DNA of 32,000 bases from an uncultured Bacteriovoracaceae bacterium (GCA_964012805.1 CAXGUD010000007.1:88931-120930), one strand, 5' to 3'; shown: positions 21,993 to 31,489, counted from the first letter of the stretch. Program-made: numbers and translations. The notes: generated from the letters alone by a model not told the origin.

Positions 21993-23963
21993 GTGAATAG
22001 TTTTTCTGAGTTTAAGTTTTACCAAGCTTTTAGAGTCCCAGTTGAAAAGGCCGATGGGTTGAGATTTATTGTTGATATTGAGGATGATTTGGGTAAGACC
22101 AAAACAATTGAAGATGGCTCTCTTGTGGATGTTAGTATTGGAGGCTTAGGCTTTTCTACTGAATCAAGGCTTCTTGTTGGTACCGAACTTAGAATTTCAA
22201 TGCAATTTAAAAAACTTTACTTGGATTTGACAGGAAGAATCGTTAGAGCATTTAGTAATACACTTGCCGTAAATGAAGTAGTTTATGGTGTTGAGTTAGA
22301 TGAAGACCAAAAAATAGGTCGATTCTTAGAACAGTATGTTTCCAGCTTTTCTTCAGAGAGATTGCGAGAGTGCTTGATCGATTCTCTTTTAAAAAAGCCG
22401 TATACATCGATTTCTGAAGGATTTGAAACTTTTTCTCTACTTCTATCCCTTTTTAAAGATATTTCACGTTTTGGAAATAATAGAGAGTTTATTGAAAGTA
22501 TTGTTGAAGAAGTTGTGAGAGTTATGGATGCGACCAGAGCATCTATTTTTTTAATAAATACAGAAACAAATGAGCTAGAGGCATTTTCGGCAGTTGGTGT
22601 TGAAGCGAAGGTATTAAAGTTTGATTACCGTTTGGGGATTGCTGGCTCTGTTTTTACAACTGGCGTGTCTTTGAATATTAATACTACTCAAGACAAATCA
22701 AGGTTTAATGAAAAATTTGATGAAATAACAGGTTTTCAAACAAGGTCAATCATTTGCCATCCTATTCATAATAGGGAAGACAAAATTATAGGTGTTATTG
22801 AGGTTCTAAATAAAAGGAATAGTGATAGATTTAGTGTGGAAGATGAAAAAATTATGAAGGTTTTAACGTTAGTTTTTTCTTCTGTATTCCATGACTATAA
22901 TCCAATGTCAGACAATTCACAAATCAGAAGGTTTAGCTCTCCATTTGACCGTGAGTATGCGATGGTTGGAGATACTACACAGATTAATTCCCTTAGAAAA
23001 ACTATCGGTAAGTTAAAAGATTTAGAGTCTCCTGTTTTAATTTCAGGAGAGAGGGGTGTAGGAAAAACTCTTTATTGCCAGATTCTACACACAGAAGGTT
23101 CTCGCGGTTTAAAACATGTGGAAATTATAGATTGTGCTAAGGAGGATCCAGAGGTTTTACAGGACCAACTTTTGGGAAAAAACCTTAGACACAATAGGCT
23201 CTTTAATTGTCAGGGCGGAACGCTTATTTTAAAAGAGGTTTCAGCAATACCACTAGACCTTCAAAGAAGCTTTTTTCAGGTTTTAAAGGATAGACTTGTC
23301 CCTCAATTTAAACTAACGCTTGATGTTAGGGTGCTGGCGACAACAACTAAAGAGTTGGGTCACTTGGTAGAACAGAGGCTCTTTGATAAGGAATTTTATC
23401 ATTTTCTTTCAAAGGCTTATATATCGATAGCACCTCTAAGAAGAAGGTGTGAAGATATTATTCCTTTAAGCGAATTTTTTATGAGGAAAGAGTGCAAAAG
23501 ACAAGGCCTCCTTTTAAAATCATTTTCTAAAAAGGCACTCGAAAAGCTCGTAGATTATGAGTGGCCTGCAAATATAAATGAATTAAGAACTTGTGTTGAA
23601 AGAGCTGTTTTATATAACCCCAAGTCTCATATTATAACTGAAGAAGACATGGGAAGTTTATCAGCACCTTTGTATGATGATTCTTCAAGAGGGCGTGTTT
23701 TCGGAGAACTGCCTTTTGTTGGTGATCCCCATATATTACTTAAAGACAGAATCGCTATTGTTGAAAGAGAAATGATTCTCATGGAAATAAAAAGAAATAA
23801 TGACAATAAATCTAAAGCCGCGAAGGAAATGGGTATTAGTAGAGAAGCTCTTAGAAAAAAACTTATCATTAGTAGCCAGGTCTTAGATGACTTGGAGGAG
23901 AAACAGAGGAAATCGGAGCAAATTAAAAAGAATTATTCTAATGGCAAGAAAACTGCTGCTTGA
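21993..23963 (+). CDS. PilZ-like / GAF / degenerate AAA+ (bEBP-type) / Fis-HTH transcriptional regulator
   Basis: PilZ-like N-terminus with DVSIGGLGF (DxSxxG) but no RxxxR. GAF domain (GIAGSVFTTGVSLNINTTQDKSRFNEKFDEITGFQTRSIICHPI...IGVIEVLNK). AAA+ module has Walker A SGERGVGKT, Walker B position GGTLILKEV (K in place of D), no GAFTGA loop, and APLRRRCEDI retained. C-terminal Fis-type HTH KSKAAKEMGISREALRKKL. GTG is the only in-frame start after the upstream stop. Confidence 0.8.
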   Translation: MNSFSEFKFYQAFRVPVEKADGLRFIVDIEDDLGKTKTIEDGSLVDVSIGGLGFSTESRLLVGTELRISMQFKKLYLDLTGRIVRAFSNTLAVNEVVYGVELDEDQKIGRFLEQYVSSFSSERLRECLIDSLLKKPYTSISEGFETFSLLLSLFKDISRFGNNREFIESIVEEVVRVMDATRASIFLINTETNELEAFSAVGVEAKVLKFDYRLGIAGSVFTTGVSLNINTTQDKSRFNEKFDEITGFQTRSIICHPIHNREDKIIGVIEVLNKRNSDRFSVEDEKIMKVLTLVFSSVFHDYNPMSDNSQIRRFSSPFDREYAMVGDTTQINSLRKTIGKLKDLESPVLISGERGVGKTLYCQILHTEGSRGLKHVEIIDCAKEDPEVLQDQLLGKNLRHNRLFNCQGGTLILKEVSAIPLDLQRSFFQVLKDRLVPQFKLTLDVRVLATTTKELGHLVEQRLFDKEFYHFLSKAYISIAPLRRRCEDIIPLSEFFMRKECKRQGLLLKSFSKKALEKLVDYEWPANINELRTCVERAVLYNPKSHIITEEDMGSLSAPLYDDSSRGRVFGELPFVGDPHILLKDRIAIVEREMILMEIKRNNDNKSKAAKEMGISREALRKKLIISSQVLDDLEEKQRKSEQIKKNYSNGKKTAA

Positions 23964-24156
23964 GGTTATTTCAACGTAATTTTCCAAATTTTAATCTAAC
24001 CGGGTCATATTTTTAACCTTATAAAAAAAGATGAGGATTAATTAGCTTTTGCAGTTTTGCTCGTCTTTTGAGCCCCTATAGAAGCACATTTTACTTGTTT
24101 TTGTATTACCTGACAGAATATATTGAATAGGAACTATACTTAAAAGGGGTTTTGCT

Positions 24157-25524
24157 TTGCATGATAGGATTTTTGGAACTGATGGAATAAGGGGAAGGGC
24201 CAATATTTACCCTATGACTTGCGAGGTTGCGACAGCATTGGGTAGAGCCGTAACGCACTACTTTCAAACGAAGGGTGATAAGGTTAAGCCTCCGGTTATT
24301 GTTGTCGGTAAGGATACGAGGCTTAGTTGCTACATGTTGGAACAGGCTTTCGGAGCAGGGGTTTGTTCTCAAGGTGGCAAGGTCATTTTTACGGGGCCTT
24401 TGCCCACCCCAGGAGTCGCTTTTGTGACGACTTCTATGAGGGCCGATGCTGGGATTATGATTTCAGCTTCACATAATTCATTCACAGATAATGGGATAAA
24501 GATTTTTGATAGCAAAGGTCATAAGCTTCCAGATTCCGTCGAAGTGGAATTAGAGGACCTTGTAAAAAACCCAAAAAATATGCCAATTATGGAGGGTTCA
24601 AGTCTAGGTAATGCAAAGAGGTTAGATGAAGTTTTTGGCCGTTATGTTGTTTATGCAAAGTCATCTTTGTCAAAGCGTTATGATTTAGAAGGAATGAGAA
24701 TTGTTTTGGATTGTGCTAATGGTGCGGCTTATAAAGTTGGACCGATGATTTTGAGAGAGCTTGGAGCTGAAGTGTTTCCTATTGGGGTTGAACCTAATGG
24801 TCAAAATATTAATTTAAACTGTGGTTCTCTGCATCCTGAAAAAACCAGGGATGCTGTAAAAGAATACAGGGCAGATCTCGGAATCTGTTTGGATGGAGAT
24901 GCGGACAGGTTTGTTATTGTAGATAGTTTGGGAGATGTTCTTCATGGGGACCAACTTATAGGTGTCTTGGCCAAATTTCTATTAGATACAGGGGTTTTAA
25001 AAAAGGGTGATGAAGTTATTGGAACGATAATGAGTAATGTGGGACTTGAATATTATGTTAAGTCTTTGGGTCTAAAGTTTCATAGAACTAAAGTAGGTGA
25101 CCGCTATATTATTGAATATATGAAGCAATCTGGAGCTCTTTTTGGTGGAGAACCTTCTGGACATGTCATTTTTAAAAACTTTTCAACGACTGGAGACGGA
25201 ATTTTAGGTGCTTTAAAGTTTATTGAATGTTTAAAGTTTTATAATATTCCACTCAAGGAACTTATTTCTAAGGTTTCTTTGTACCCACAAGTTATGAAAA
25301 GTGCTCCTGTTGCTCAAAAAAAACCTCTTGATGAAATTGAGAAAATTCAGGAAAAGTTAAAGGAAGTGAAACAAAAGCTTGGTGGGAAAGGGAGAGTCGT
25401 TCTTCGTTACTCGGGAACAGAGAATTTGGTTAGGGTCATGGTAGAGGGTGAGAATGAGTATAATGTTGGGAAACTCTGTGGAGAGTTAGTTTTTACCGTT
25501 CAACAGGAACTTGCTACAGTTTAA
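24157..25524 (+). CDS. glmM: Phosphoglucosamine mutase
   Basis: FGTDGIRG, SASHNSFTDNGIKIF (phospho-Ser loop), LDGDADR, GGEPSGH, RYSGTENLVRVMVEG. TTG is the only in-frame start after the upstream stop, with an AAAAGGGG SD. Confidence 0.95.
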   Translation: MHDRIFGTDGIRGRANIYPMTCEVATALGRAVTHYFQTKGDKVKPPVIVVGKDTRLSCYMLEQAFGAGVCSQGGKVIFTGPLPTPGVAFVTTSMRADAGIMISASHNSFTDNGIKIFDSKGHKLPDSVEVELEDLVKNPKNMPIMEGSSLGNAKRLDEVFGRYVVYAKSSLSKRYDLEGMRIVLDCANGAAYKVGPMILRELGAEVFPIGVEPNGQNINLNCGSLHPEKTRDAVKEYRADLGICLDGDADRFVIVDSLGDVLHGDQLIGVLAKFLLDTGVLKKGDEVIGTIMSNVGLEYYVKSLGLKFHRTKVGDRYIIEYMKQSGALFGGEPSGHVIFKNFSTTGDGILGALKFIECLKFYNIPLKELISKVSLYPQVMKSAPVAQKKPLDEIEKIQEKLKEVKQKLGGKGRVVLRYSGTENLVRVMVEGENEYNVGKLCGELVFTVQQELATV

Positions 25525-25565
25525 TCTTCAAAGTTTTTCATAGTTTTAAATATTAAGGGGTTTCG

Positions 25566-26330
25566 ATGAGCGCTCGTTTAGGTGTTAATATTGATCATGT
25601 TGCAACGTTGAGAGAAGCAAGAGGAGAATCATATCCTTCTTTAGAGAACGCTGCAGAAATTTGTTTAAATTCAGGTGCAGACCAAATAACAATACATTTA
25701 CGTGAGGACCGAAGGCACATTCAAGATAAGGACGTCCCTATTATTCGTCGAGTTACGAAAGAAAAGGGAAAGTTGATGAATTTAGAAATGGGCTGCGATC
25801 CTGGCATCATTGAAGTGGCTTTGATGCATAAACCTGATTGGGTTTGTCTTGTTCCTGAAAAAAGGGAAGAACAGACTACTGAGGGAGGACTTAACTTAAT
25901 TGATGCCTCTCATTTCCAGAAAATAAAGGAATCTTGTATAAGGTTAAAGGATTCAATTCCAAACTTAAAAATTTCTCTTTTTGTTGAAAGCGACTTACCA
26001 ACATTAGAGAAGGTTTGTGAGTTAGGAGTAGGTTTAGTGGATGCAGTTGAAATTCACACCGGAGATTATGCCATCCAGTATATTGCTCAAAATAATGTTG
26101 ATAGTTTTTTGAAAGAGTTTGAAAGGGCGAAGAAGTTTGTTGAAGAAAGAGGGATTGCTTGTCATGCAGGTCATGGTTTAACAAACGAGAGCGTGGCGCC
26201 CCTCATAAAGAAAGGACTTTTTGAAGAATATAATATTGGCCATTGGATAATTTCTGAATCAGTATTTTTGGGCTTAGAAAAAGTAGTAAGGAATTTGAAA
26301 GAACTTTTCGAGGGGAATGAGCGTTTATGA
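25566..26330 (+). CDS. pdxJ: Pyridoxine 5'-phosphate synthase
   Basis: LGVNIDHVATLREARG, ITIHLREDRRHI, TTEGGL, VEIHTGDYA, HAGHGL. Confidence 0.95.
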   Translation: MSARLGVNIDHVATLREARGESYPSLENAAEICLNSGADQITIHLREDRRHIQDKDVPIIRRVTKEKGKLMNLEMGCDPGIIEVALMHKPDWVCLVPEKREEQTTEGGLNLIDASHFQKIKESCIRLKDSIPNLKISLFVESDLPTLEKVCELGVGLVDAVEIHTGDYAIQYIAQNNVDSFLKEFERAKKFVEERGIACHAGHGLTNESVAPLIKKGLFEEYNIGHWIISESVFLGLEKVVRNLKELFEGNERL

Positions 26331-27946
26331 AGGTTGTTGATACTGAGGAAATGAAGAGTATTGAAAGAAAGTCGCTAGAGGAATATGGCTTTTCGGAGCA
26401 ATTAATTATTGAGAATGTGGGATTACGTGGAGCTGATTACCTTGACAAAAATGTAATCGGTAACTCGCCTTTTGGTGAAATCGTTTTTCTAGTCGGTAAG
26501 GGAAATAATGGAGCCGATGGACTTTCTGTTGCTCGGTATTTAAAAAATAAGGGGTATTCAACGAGAGCATTTCTTCTTTTTTCGGAAGACTCTTTAGGTG
26601 AAAATACAAAAAAGCAGCTAAGTATGGCACATGCTTATGGCGTAAAAATTTCTGAACTAAAAAATATAGAGCAGATAACTTCTTACTTTACTCAGACACA
26701 AGACCGTTATCTTGTTGTTGATGCGATATTGGGGACAGGTTTTCGTTTTCCACTTTCTAGTTTTCTTTTCGAAGTTATTACTACCGTCAATACATATGCA
26801 AGTTTAACTGTTTCTTTGGATATTCCTTCTGGTGTAGTAGGTGACACTGGGAAAATTTCTAGCTCGGCCATTAGGGCCGATTATACTTTGGCAATTGGCC
26901 TTCCAAAGCTTGGCCACATTATGGGAAGTGGTTCAGAGGTTTGTGGAAAGATAAAAGTTATTGATGTTGGTTTACCAAAAATTCTTCTTGAGGAAGGAGA
27001 TATATCTCTCATTACAAAAAAGAACGTCTCTTCGGTGCTTTCCACAAGGAGTCACTTTGCTCATAAAAATACTTTTGGTCATTCGTTAGTTTTAGGTGGA
27101 AGTCATGGTCTTTGTGGGGCCCTTTCTTTGTCGTGTGAAGCAGCTTTGAAATCAGGCTCTGGTCTAGTTTCTGCTGCAACTTGGGAACAAAATTACCCAG
27201 AATTTCTTTCTAGGCTCAATGCAAATGAAGTTATGACAGGAGTTATTCCAAGCGGCGGTGATCCCAAGGGGGTTGAAAGTATCCTTAGAGATTTGATGAA
27301 ATATCAATCCATTGTTATAGGACCAGGTTTAGGTCAAACAGAAATAGCAAGAGAGGTTGCTCTCGAGGTTTTAAATTCTTATCCTGGTCCAGTTGTGGTC
27401 GATGCAGATGCAATTAAAGTACTCTCTGCGAAAAAAGATTTAGATGTTTTTTATAAAAGAAAAGGCCCAACAGTCCTTACTCCTCATATGGGAGAGTTTG
27501 CTAACTTTGTTGGAGAAAAAAAGAGCTCAGTTTTAGAAAAACCTATCCATTTTTTAAAGACTTTTGTAGATAGCTTGAATTGCTGCATTATTTTGAAAGG
27601 CTATGCGACCTATTTAGGCTTTCCTAATGGAAAAATAGGCGTTAACTATCTCCCAAATGCAGGGATGGCTTCAGCCGGCACAGGGGATGTCTTAGCAGGT
27701 ATCTTGGGGGGGCTATTGGCACAGTTAAAGCCGCAGAATGTAAAAAGTGGGCTTTTTCTAGATAAAAATAAGATATATGATGCTTTGTGTTTGGGAGTTT
27801 TGGTTCATGCCCTGGCGGGAAAAGAAGCATCAAAAAAAATAGGGCCAAGAAGTATGACTGCTGGAATGTTATTAGATCATATTTCAAGTGCCTTTTTTGA
27901 AATTGAAACAGGTAGGAGTCAATGGAGCAGGGGTTGGATAGAGTGA
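26327..27946 (+). CDS. nnr: Bifunctional NAD(P)H-hydrate repair enzyme (epimerase / ADP-dependent dehydratase)
   Basis: YjeF_N motif GKGNNGADG. C-terminal kinase-fold motifs HKNTFGHSLVLGGS, GPGLG, TPHMGEF, AGTGDVLAG. ATGA start/stop overlap with pdxJ. Confidence 0.9.
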   Translation: MKVVDTEEMKSIERKSLEEYGFSEQLIIENVGLRGADYLDKNVIGNSPFGEIVFLVGKGNNGADGLSVARYLKNKGYSTRAFLLFSEDSLGENTKKQLSMAHAYGVKISELKNIEQITSYFTQTQDRYLVVDAILGTGFRFPLSSFLFEVITTVNTYASLTVSLDIPSGVVGDTGKISSSAIRADYTLAIGLPKLGHIMGSGSEVCGKIKVIDVGLPKILLEEGDISLITKKNVSSVLSTRSHFAHKNTFGHSLVLGGSHGLCGALSLSCEAALKSGSGLVSAATWEQNYPEFLSRLNANEVMTGVIPSGGDPKGVESILRDLMKYQSIVIGPGLGQTEIAREVALEVLNSYPGPVVVDADAIKVLSAKKDLDVFYKRKGPTVLTPHMGEFANFVGEKKSSVLEKPIHFLKTFVDSLNCCIILKGYATYLGFPNGKIGVNYLPNAGMASAGTGDVLAGILGGLLAQLKPQNVKSGLFLDKNKIYDALCLGVLVHALAGKEASKKIGPRSMTAGMLLDHISSAFFEIETGRSQWSRGWIE

Positions 27947-28416
27947 GTTGGGCCGATAAAAAAGAAAGAAAAGTTTGGAAAAAAGTCTCTGAACAAGATT
28001 TAGCATCTTTGGCATCGGAGCTAAAGGCCATCCTTGTGAAGCCTACAGTGATTATCCTTTCGGGTGAAGTTGGGGCCGGTAAAACCACTTTTACAAAAGA
28101 GTTTATAGGGAATAGCGGAGATGTTCATAGTCCCTCATACTCGTTGATTAATGAGGTAGGAAGCTTTGCTCATGCAGACTTTTACCGAATTGAAGACTCT
28201 GAAGAACTTATTCATTTAGAAATTTCTCTTTATTTAGAAGGGAAACAATTCTTCATAGTTGAATGGGGCCTTCCCTACGCAACCCAACTAAGAAAAGAAA
28301 TCGATCAGCGGTTTGACTTTTTTGAACTTCATCTTGATATAAGTCATGATGCTGTTGATCGTACTGAAGATGCGCCAACTAGGAACTTTATTCTTTATGA
28401 AATGATCGAGCTCTAG
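27922..28416 (+). CDS. tsaE: tRNA t6A37 biosynthesis ATPase TsaE
   Basis: P-loop LSGEVGAGKTTFTKEF, SPSYSLINEV, HADFYRI, FIVEWG. It follows nnr (yjeF), as in the E. coli yjeF-yjeE arrangement. Overlaps nnr by 25 nt. Confidence 0.85.
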   Translation: MEQGLDRVSWADKKERKVWKKVSEQDLASLASELKAILVKPTVIILSGEVGAGKTTFTKEFIGNSGDVHSPSYSLINEVGSFAHADFYRIEDSEELIHLEISLYLEGKQFFIVEWGLPYATQLRKEIDQRFDFFELHLDISHDAVDRTEDAPTRNFILYEMIEL

Positions 28417-28513
28417 AACACTTCTACAAAGGCTTTTTGATCAATTACTTTTAAGATGGTAAAAAAGTACACGAGGCACAATAAAAATTCTATTTTTTAA
28501 TTGGTCTATTGTG

Positions 28514-28543
28514 TTGACGTGACCCTTTTTGTCGAGTGATAAT
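28514..28543 (+). promoter_or_regulatory. Putative sigma-70 promoter upstream of the Rrf2 gene
   Basis: TTGACG (28514-28519), 18-nt spacer, GATAAT (28538-28543). This implies a ~110-nt leader before the ATG at 28663. Confidence 0.4.
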
Positions 28544-28662
28544 ATTCTCGTAGCTTGTTAGCTTTGGCTGGATCAAGACGGATCGGTATATCTCGAGGCT
28601 AAATAAAGCATTTTCAAAATATCTTTTTTTGAGAGCTTAATTGGATTTATGGAGGAAGACCA

Positions 28663-29238
28663 ATGAGACTAACATCTAAAGGACGTTACGCCGTGAGAGC
28701 AATGCTGGACCTAACAGCGAGTTCAAATGGCAACCCCGTAAGATTACAGGAAATTTCGACTAGGCAGAACATCTCTTTGCACTACCTTGAGCAACTTTTT
28801 AGAAAACTTAGAAATGGCCAAACAGTCAAATCAGTCAGAGGTCCTGGAGGGGGGTATGTTCTTGCAAGACCGCAAGATCAAATCACAATAAAGGATGTCT
28901 TGGATTGTGTTGGGGAGAATATCAATCCAGCTAAAGACATTTTGGGTTCTGAATCTGAAACAGCTAATACTGTTGAGTATCACCTCTCTAAGAATTATTT
29001 CCAAAATCTTGGAATAATTATGAGGGAATACCTTCAAACCACCACTTTAGGCGATCTCATGAGAAAAGCTAATGAGACAAAAGCTTTAATGGAAAAAGAG
29101 GGTGTTAAGCTTGACGAAAATAAAGAAATAGGGGAAATAGGTGATATTGATGTCACAGCGCCTCAAGCTGATCAAGAAATAGCTCAGAGTCCAGAGGTGC
29201 ATGCACCTAGGAAGCCTTTTGGAGAAATTAACCAATAG
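28663..29238 (+). CDS. Rrf2-family transcriptional regulator, IscR/CymR-like, lacking Fe-S ligand cysteines
   Basis: MRLTSKGRYAVRAMLDL, ISLHYLEQLFRKLR and VRGPGGGYVLAR form the Rrf2 wHTH. The region equivalent to E. coli IscR C92/C98/C104/H107 reads NPAKDILGSESETANTVEYHL, with no Cys. An acidic C-terminal extension of ~50 aa is present. GGAGGA SD. Confidence 0.85.
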   Translation: MRLTSKGRYAVRAMLDLTASSNGNPVRLQEISTRQNISLHYLEQLFRKLRNGQTVKSVRGPGGGYVLARPQDQITIKDVLDCVGENINPAKDILGSESETANTVEYHLSKNYFQNLGIIMREYLQTTTLGDLMRKANETKALMEKEGVKLDENKEIGEIGDIDVTAPQADQEIAQSPEVHAPRKPFGEINQ

Positions 29239-30409
29239 AAGATTATACTTTGACTATAATGCTACCTCCCCTCTCTCTCCTGCTGTAAAAAGATGGTTGA
29301 GTGAGGCGGAGTTCCTTTGCGCCAATCCTTCGGCAATACATTTGTCAGGGAAAAAGGCGGCAGCAGTTTTAAGAGAGGACTCAGAGAAAATCCTTAAGGT
29401 TTTTGGTTTATCAGAAAGCCACAAGGTTTTTTTTCACTCTGGCGCCAGTGAAGGTATCAATACAATTGTAAAGGGAATGTCCCACTCTTTAGATTTAAAG
29501 GGTGAGAAACTTAATTTCTTTTACAGCTCTATCGATCATGCAGCAGTTTTAGAGCTTAAACCATTTCTTGATTTTTATGGCCATAATGCCCACCAATGCA
29601 GTGTAGATAAAGATGGCCATTTGGACCTAAACTTTTTGGAAAGCAAGGTAAAGTCTTGTCTTCCCGGCACTGTTTTAATTAATTTAACCTATGTCCATAA
29701 TGAAATTGGTACCGTGTTTCCTCTTGAAAAACTTATAAAGTTAAAAAGTGAAACAGGGGCTTTTATACATGTTGATTGTGTTCAGTCTCCAGGAAAAGTC
29801 CATGACTGGGATTGTTTGCCTTCTGGAATTGAGTTTTATACCTTTTCCTCTCACAAATTTGGAGCATTAAAGGGGATTGGTTTTACATTTGTAAATAAGA
29901 CTTCACCAACTTTTCAACCTCTTATAAATGGGGGCGGGCAACAGTTAGGCTTCAGGTCAGGAACAATTAATACCATGGGTATTAGATCAACGCTGCTTGC
30001 TTTAGGTGATTTGAAGGAAAGGTATGATTATTCTGAAGCAAAAGCTGGAATAAATTTTTTAAGAGAAAGAATAAGGGAAAAGTTAGAGGGGTGTGGGCAA
30101 ATTATTGCTGATAACTCTCGCTATAAAAATACGAATACTATCTTTTTTACAGTTGAGGGAAAAGATTCCAATTCACTTCTTATGGCCTTTGATCTTGCAG
30201 GTATGGATGTAGGAGTCGGGTCAGCTTGTTCTTCTGGTATTTCAAAGCCTAATAATGTTCTTTTAAACCTTGGACATACGAAAGAAGAGGCATTGTCTGG
30301 TTTGAGGCTATCATTTGAGCATGAGCTAACAACATCTAAAGCAGCTTTGTACTGGGGTAAAATAGAAGCTGTGTTAGATAAAGTTCTTCTTTCATCGAAG
30401 AGTATCTAA
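29201..30409 (+). CDS. Class I (NifS/IscS-type) cysteine desulfurase
   Basis: YFDYNATSPLSP, HVDCVQS, SSHKFGALKGIGF (PLP Lys) and GVGSACSSG (catalytic Cys loop). Start is uncertain: ATG 29201 overlaps the Rrf2 gene by 38 nt, and TTG 29219 has an AGGAAG SD. Confidence 0.85.
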   Translation: MHLGSLLEKLTNRRLYFDYNATSPLSPAVKRWLSEAEFLCANPSAIHLSGKKAAAVLREDSEKILKVFGLSESHKVFFHSGASEGINTIVKGMSHSLDLKGEKLNFFYSSIDHAAVLELKPFLDFYGHNAHQCSVDKDGHLDLNFLESKVKSCLPGTVLINLTYVHNEIGTVFPLEKLIKLKSETGAFIHVDCVQSPGKVHDWDCLPSGIEFYTFSSHKFGALKGIGFTFVNKTSPTFQPLINGGGQQLGFRSGTINTMGIRSTLLALGDLKERYDYSEAKAGINFLRERIREKLEGCGQIIADNSRYKNTNTIFFTVEGKDSNSLLMAFDLAGMDVGVGSACSSGISKPNNVLLNLGHTKEEALSGLRLSFEHELTTSKAALYWGKIEAVLDKVLLSSKSI

Positions 30410-30480
30410 TAAATAAATTTCTGAGTTTCTTTAAGGGGGTCTCATTTCTAGTGAGAAATTATTAAAAAAAAACAAGGTTT

Positions 30481-31128
30481 TTATTCCATAACCACGTCGC
30501 TAGCAATTGTTACACCTTTTAATAAAGGCTCTTTTTCCTTTTTTATGAATGGAAAGGAAATCTTTTCGAAACCTTCGAACTCTTCTTCATAGGCTACCAG
30601 AAGGACCTTTGGAACGAACTCTGTTAAAGAAGAGATATAAAAGTCTTTTGGAATATCATTTACCACTTGTTCTACGGCAGGTTGAGCTACTTCACTCTCT
30701 TGTTGTTCCGAGTCTAGCTTCTCTTCAAGAGGTTTTTTCGCTGTATTTTTTATAATTAAAGCGCCTTTGATTTTTTCTTTGTTAAGGTCTTTTGTTCTGT
30801 TCCAAGAGCCAATTTGGAAGAAGTCCAAATAAAAAGTAGATCCTTTATATATTAGCTTTTTAGGTATTAATAAAGACTCAATAAATTTGCGGCTTGCATG
30901 GTCTTTAGCCTTTTTTGCTAGTTTTTCAGCTAAGATAGGTCCATCAACTCTAATAATATAAGTTCCTGGATTTTTTGTTGAGTTAAACAAAAAATAGTTA
31001 AATGCGATGCTAAAAAGAGTGTAGAGTTTGTGTTGATAGAGGTGCAAATGTGTTTTTGATTTTCTTTCAATATCTATGATTTGTTTTACAGATTCATAGA
31101 GATGGTCTTTTGATAAGTCATCTTTCAT
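30481..31128 (-). CDS. Hypothetical protein
   Basis: Long ORF convergent with the desulfurase gene. No signal peptide and no recognisable motif. Acidic central segment (EEKLDSEQQESEVAQPAVEQ). Confidence 0.5.
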   Translation of the reverse strand: MKDDLSKDHLYESVKQIIDIERKSKTHLHLYQHKLYTLFSIAFNYFLFNSTKNPGTYIIRVDGPILAEKLAKKAKDHASRKFIESLLIPKKLIYKGSTFYLDFFQIGSWNRTKDLNKEKIKGALIIKNTAKKPLEEKLDSEQQESEVAQPAVEQVVNDIPKDFYISSLTEFVPKVLLVAYEEEFEGFEKISFPFIKKEKEPLLKGVTIASDVVME

Positions 31129-31311
31129 GGGATTTCGTGCTTCTTTTCTAATAGTTGATTTTGGAGCCGTTATTCATAAGGTAAAAAATTTTATCTGTAA
31201 AATAAATTTTTAAGAGTATCTTTTTTTCTAAACATTAGGTATACGGTTACGGGATTACCCCTATTTGAAAGCTAAAAAACAAGAAAAGATGATTTTGGTG
31301 GATCTTACTTA

Positions 31312-31340
31312 TTGACTCCTTGTTATAGTTTTTGTACAGT
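31312..31340 (+). promoter_or_regulatory. Putative sigma-70 promoter for fusA
   Basis: TTGACT (31312-31317), 17-nt spacer, TACAGT (31335-31340). This implies a ~145-nt leader before the ATG at 31490. Confidence 0.45.
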
Positions 31341-31489
31341 GCGGTAATTTTGAAAGCCTTCCTGATTAAAAAACGATGTCGAAATAGAGAATCGTGAGTG
31401 GCTAATCTGATTAGGGGCTGAAGTTAAAAAAGGCAAAATTTACAAGAGATGACTTAGAACTTTGATACTAGAAACTGTGGAGTTTTTTA

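Noticed and set aside
21983-21999. A TGGCAC-N5-TGAAT sequence resembles a sigma-54 -24/-12 promoter upstream of the bEBP-like gene.
   Set aside because: The -12 element lacks the conserved GC (TTGC). The motif also overlaps the GTG start codon and SD, leaving no room for a leader. Most likely coincidental.
27642-28088. A 148-aa minus-strand ORF spans the nnr/tsaE junction.
   Set aside because: It is antisense to two genes with strong motifs (GTGDVLAG; GAGKTT P-loop). Its translation has no recognisable features.
30410-30480. A short 5-bp hairpin (tctca-tttctag-tgaga) followed by an A-run lies between the convergent desulfurase and hypothetical genes.
   Set aside because: The stem is too short and weak, and the U-tract is on the wrong side for either strand. 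It is not reported as a terminator.
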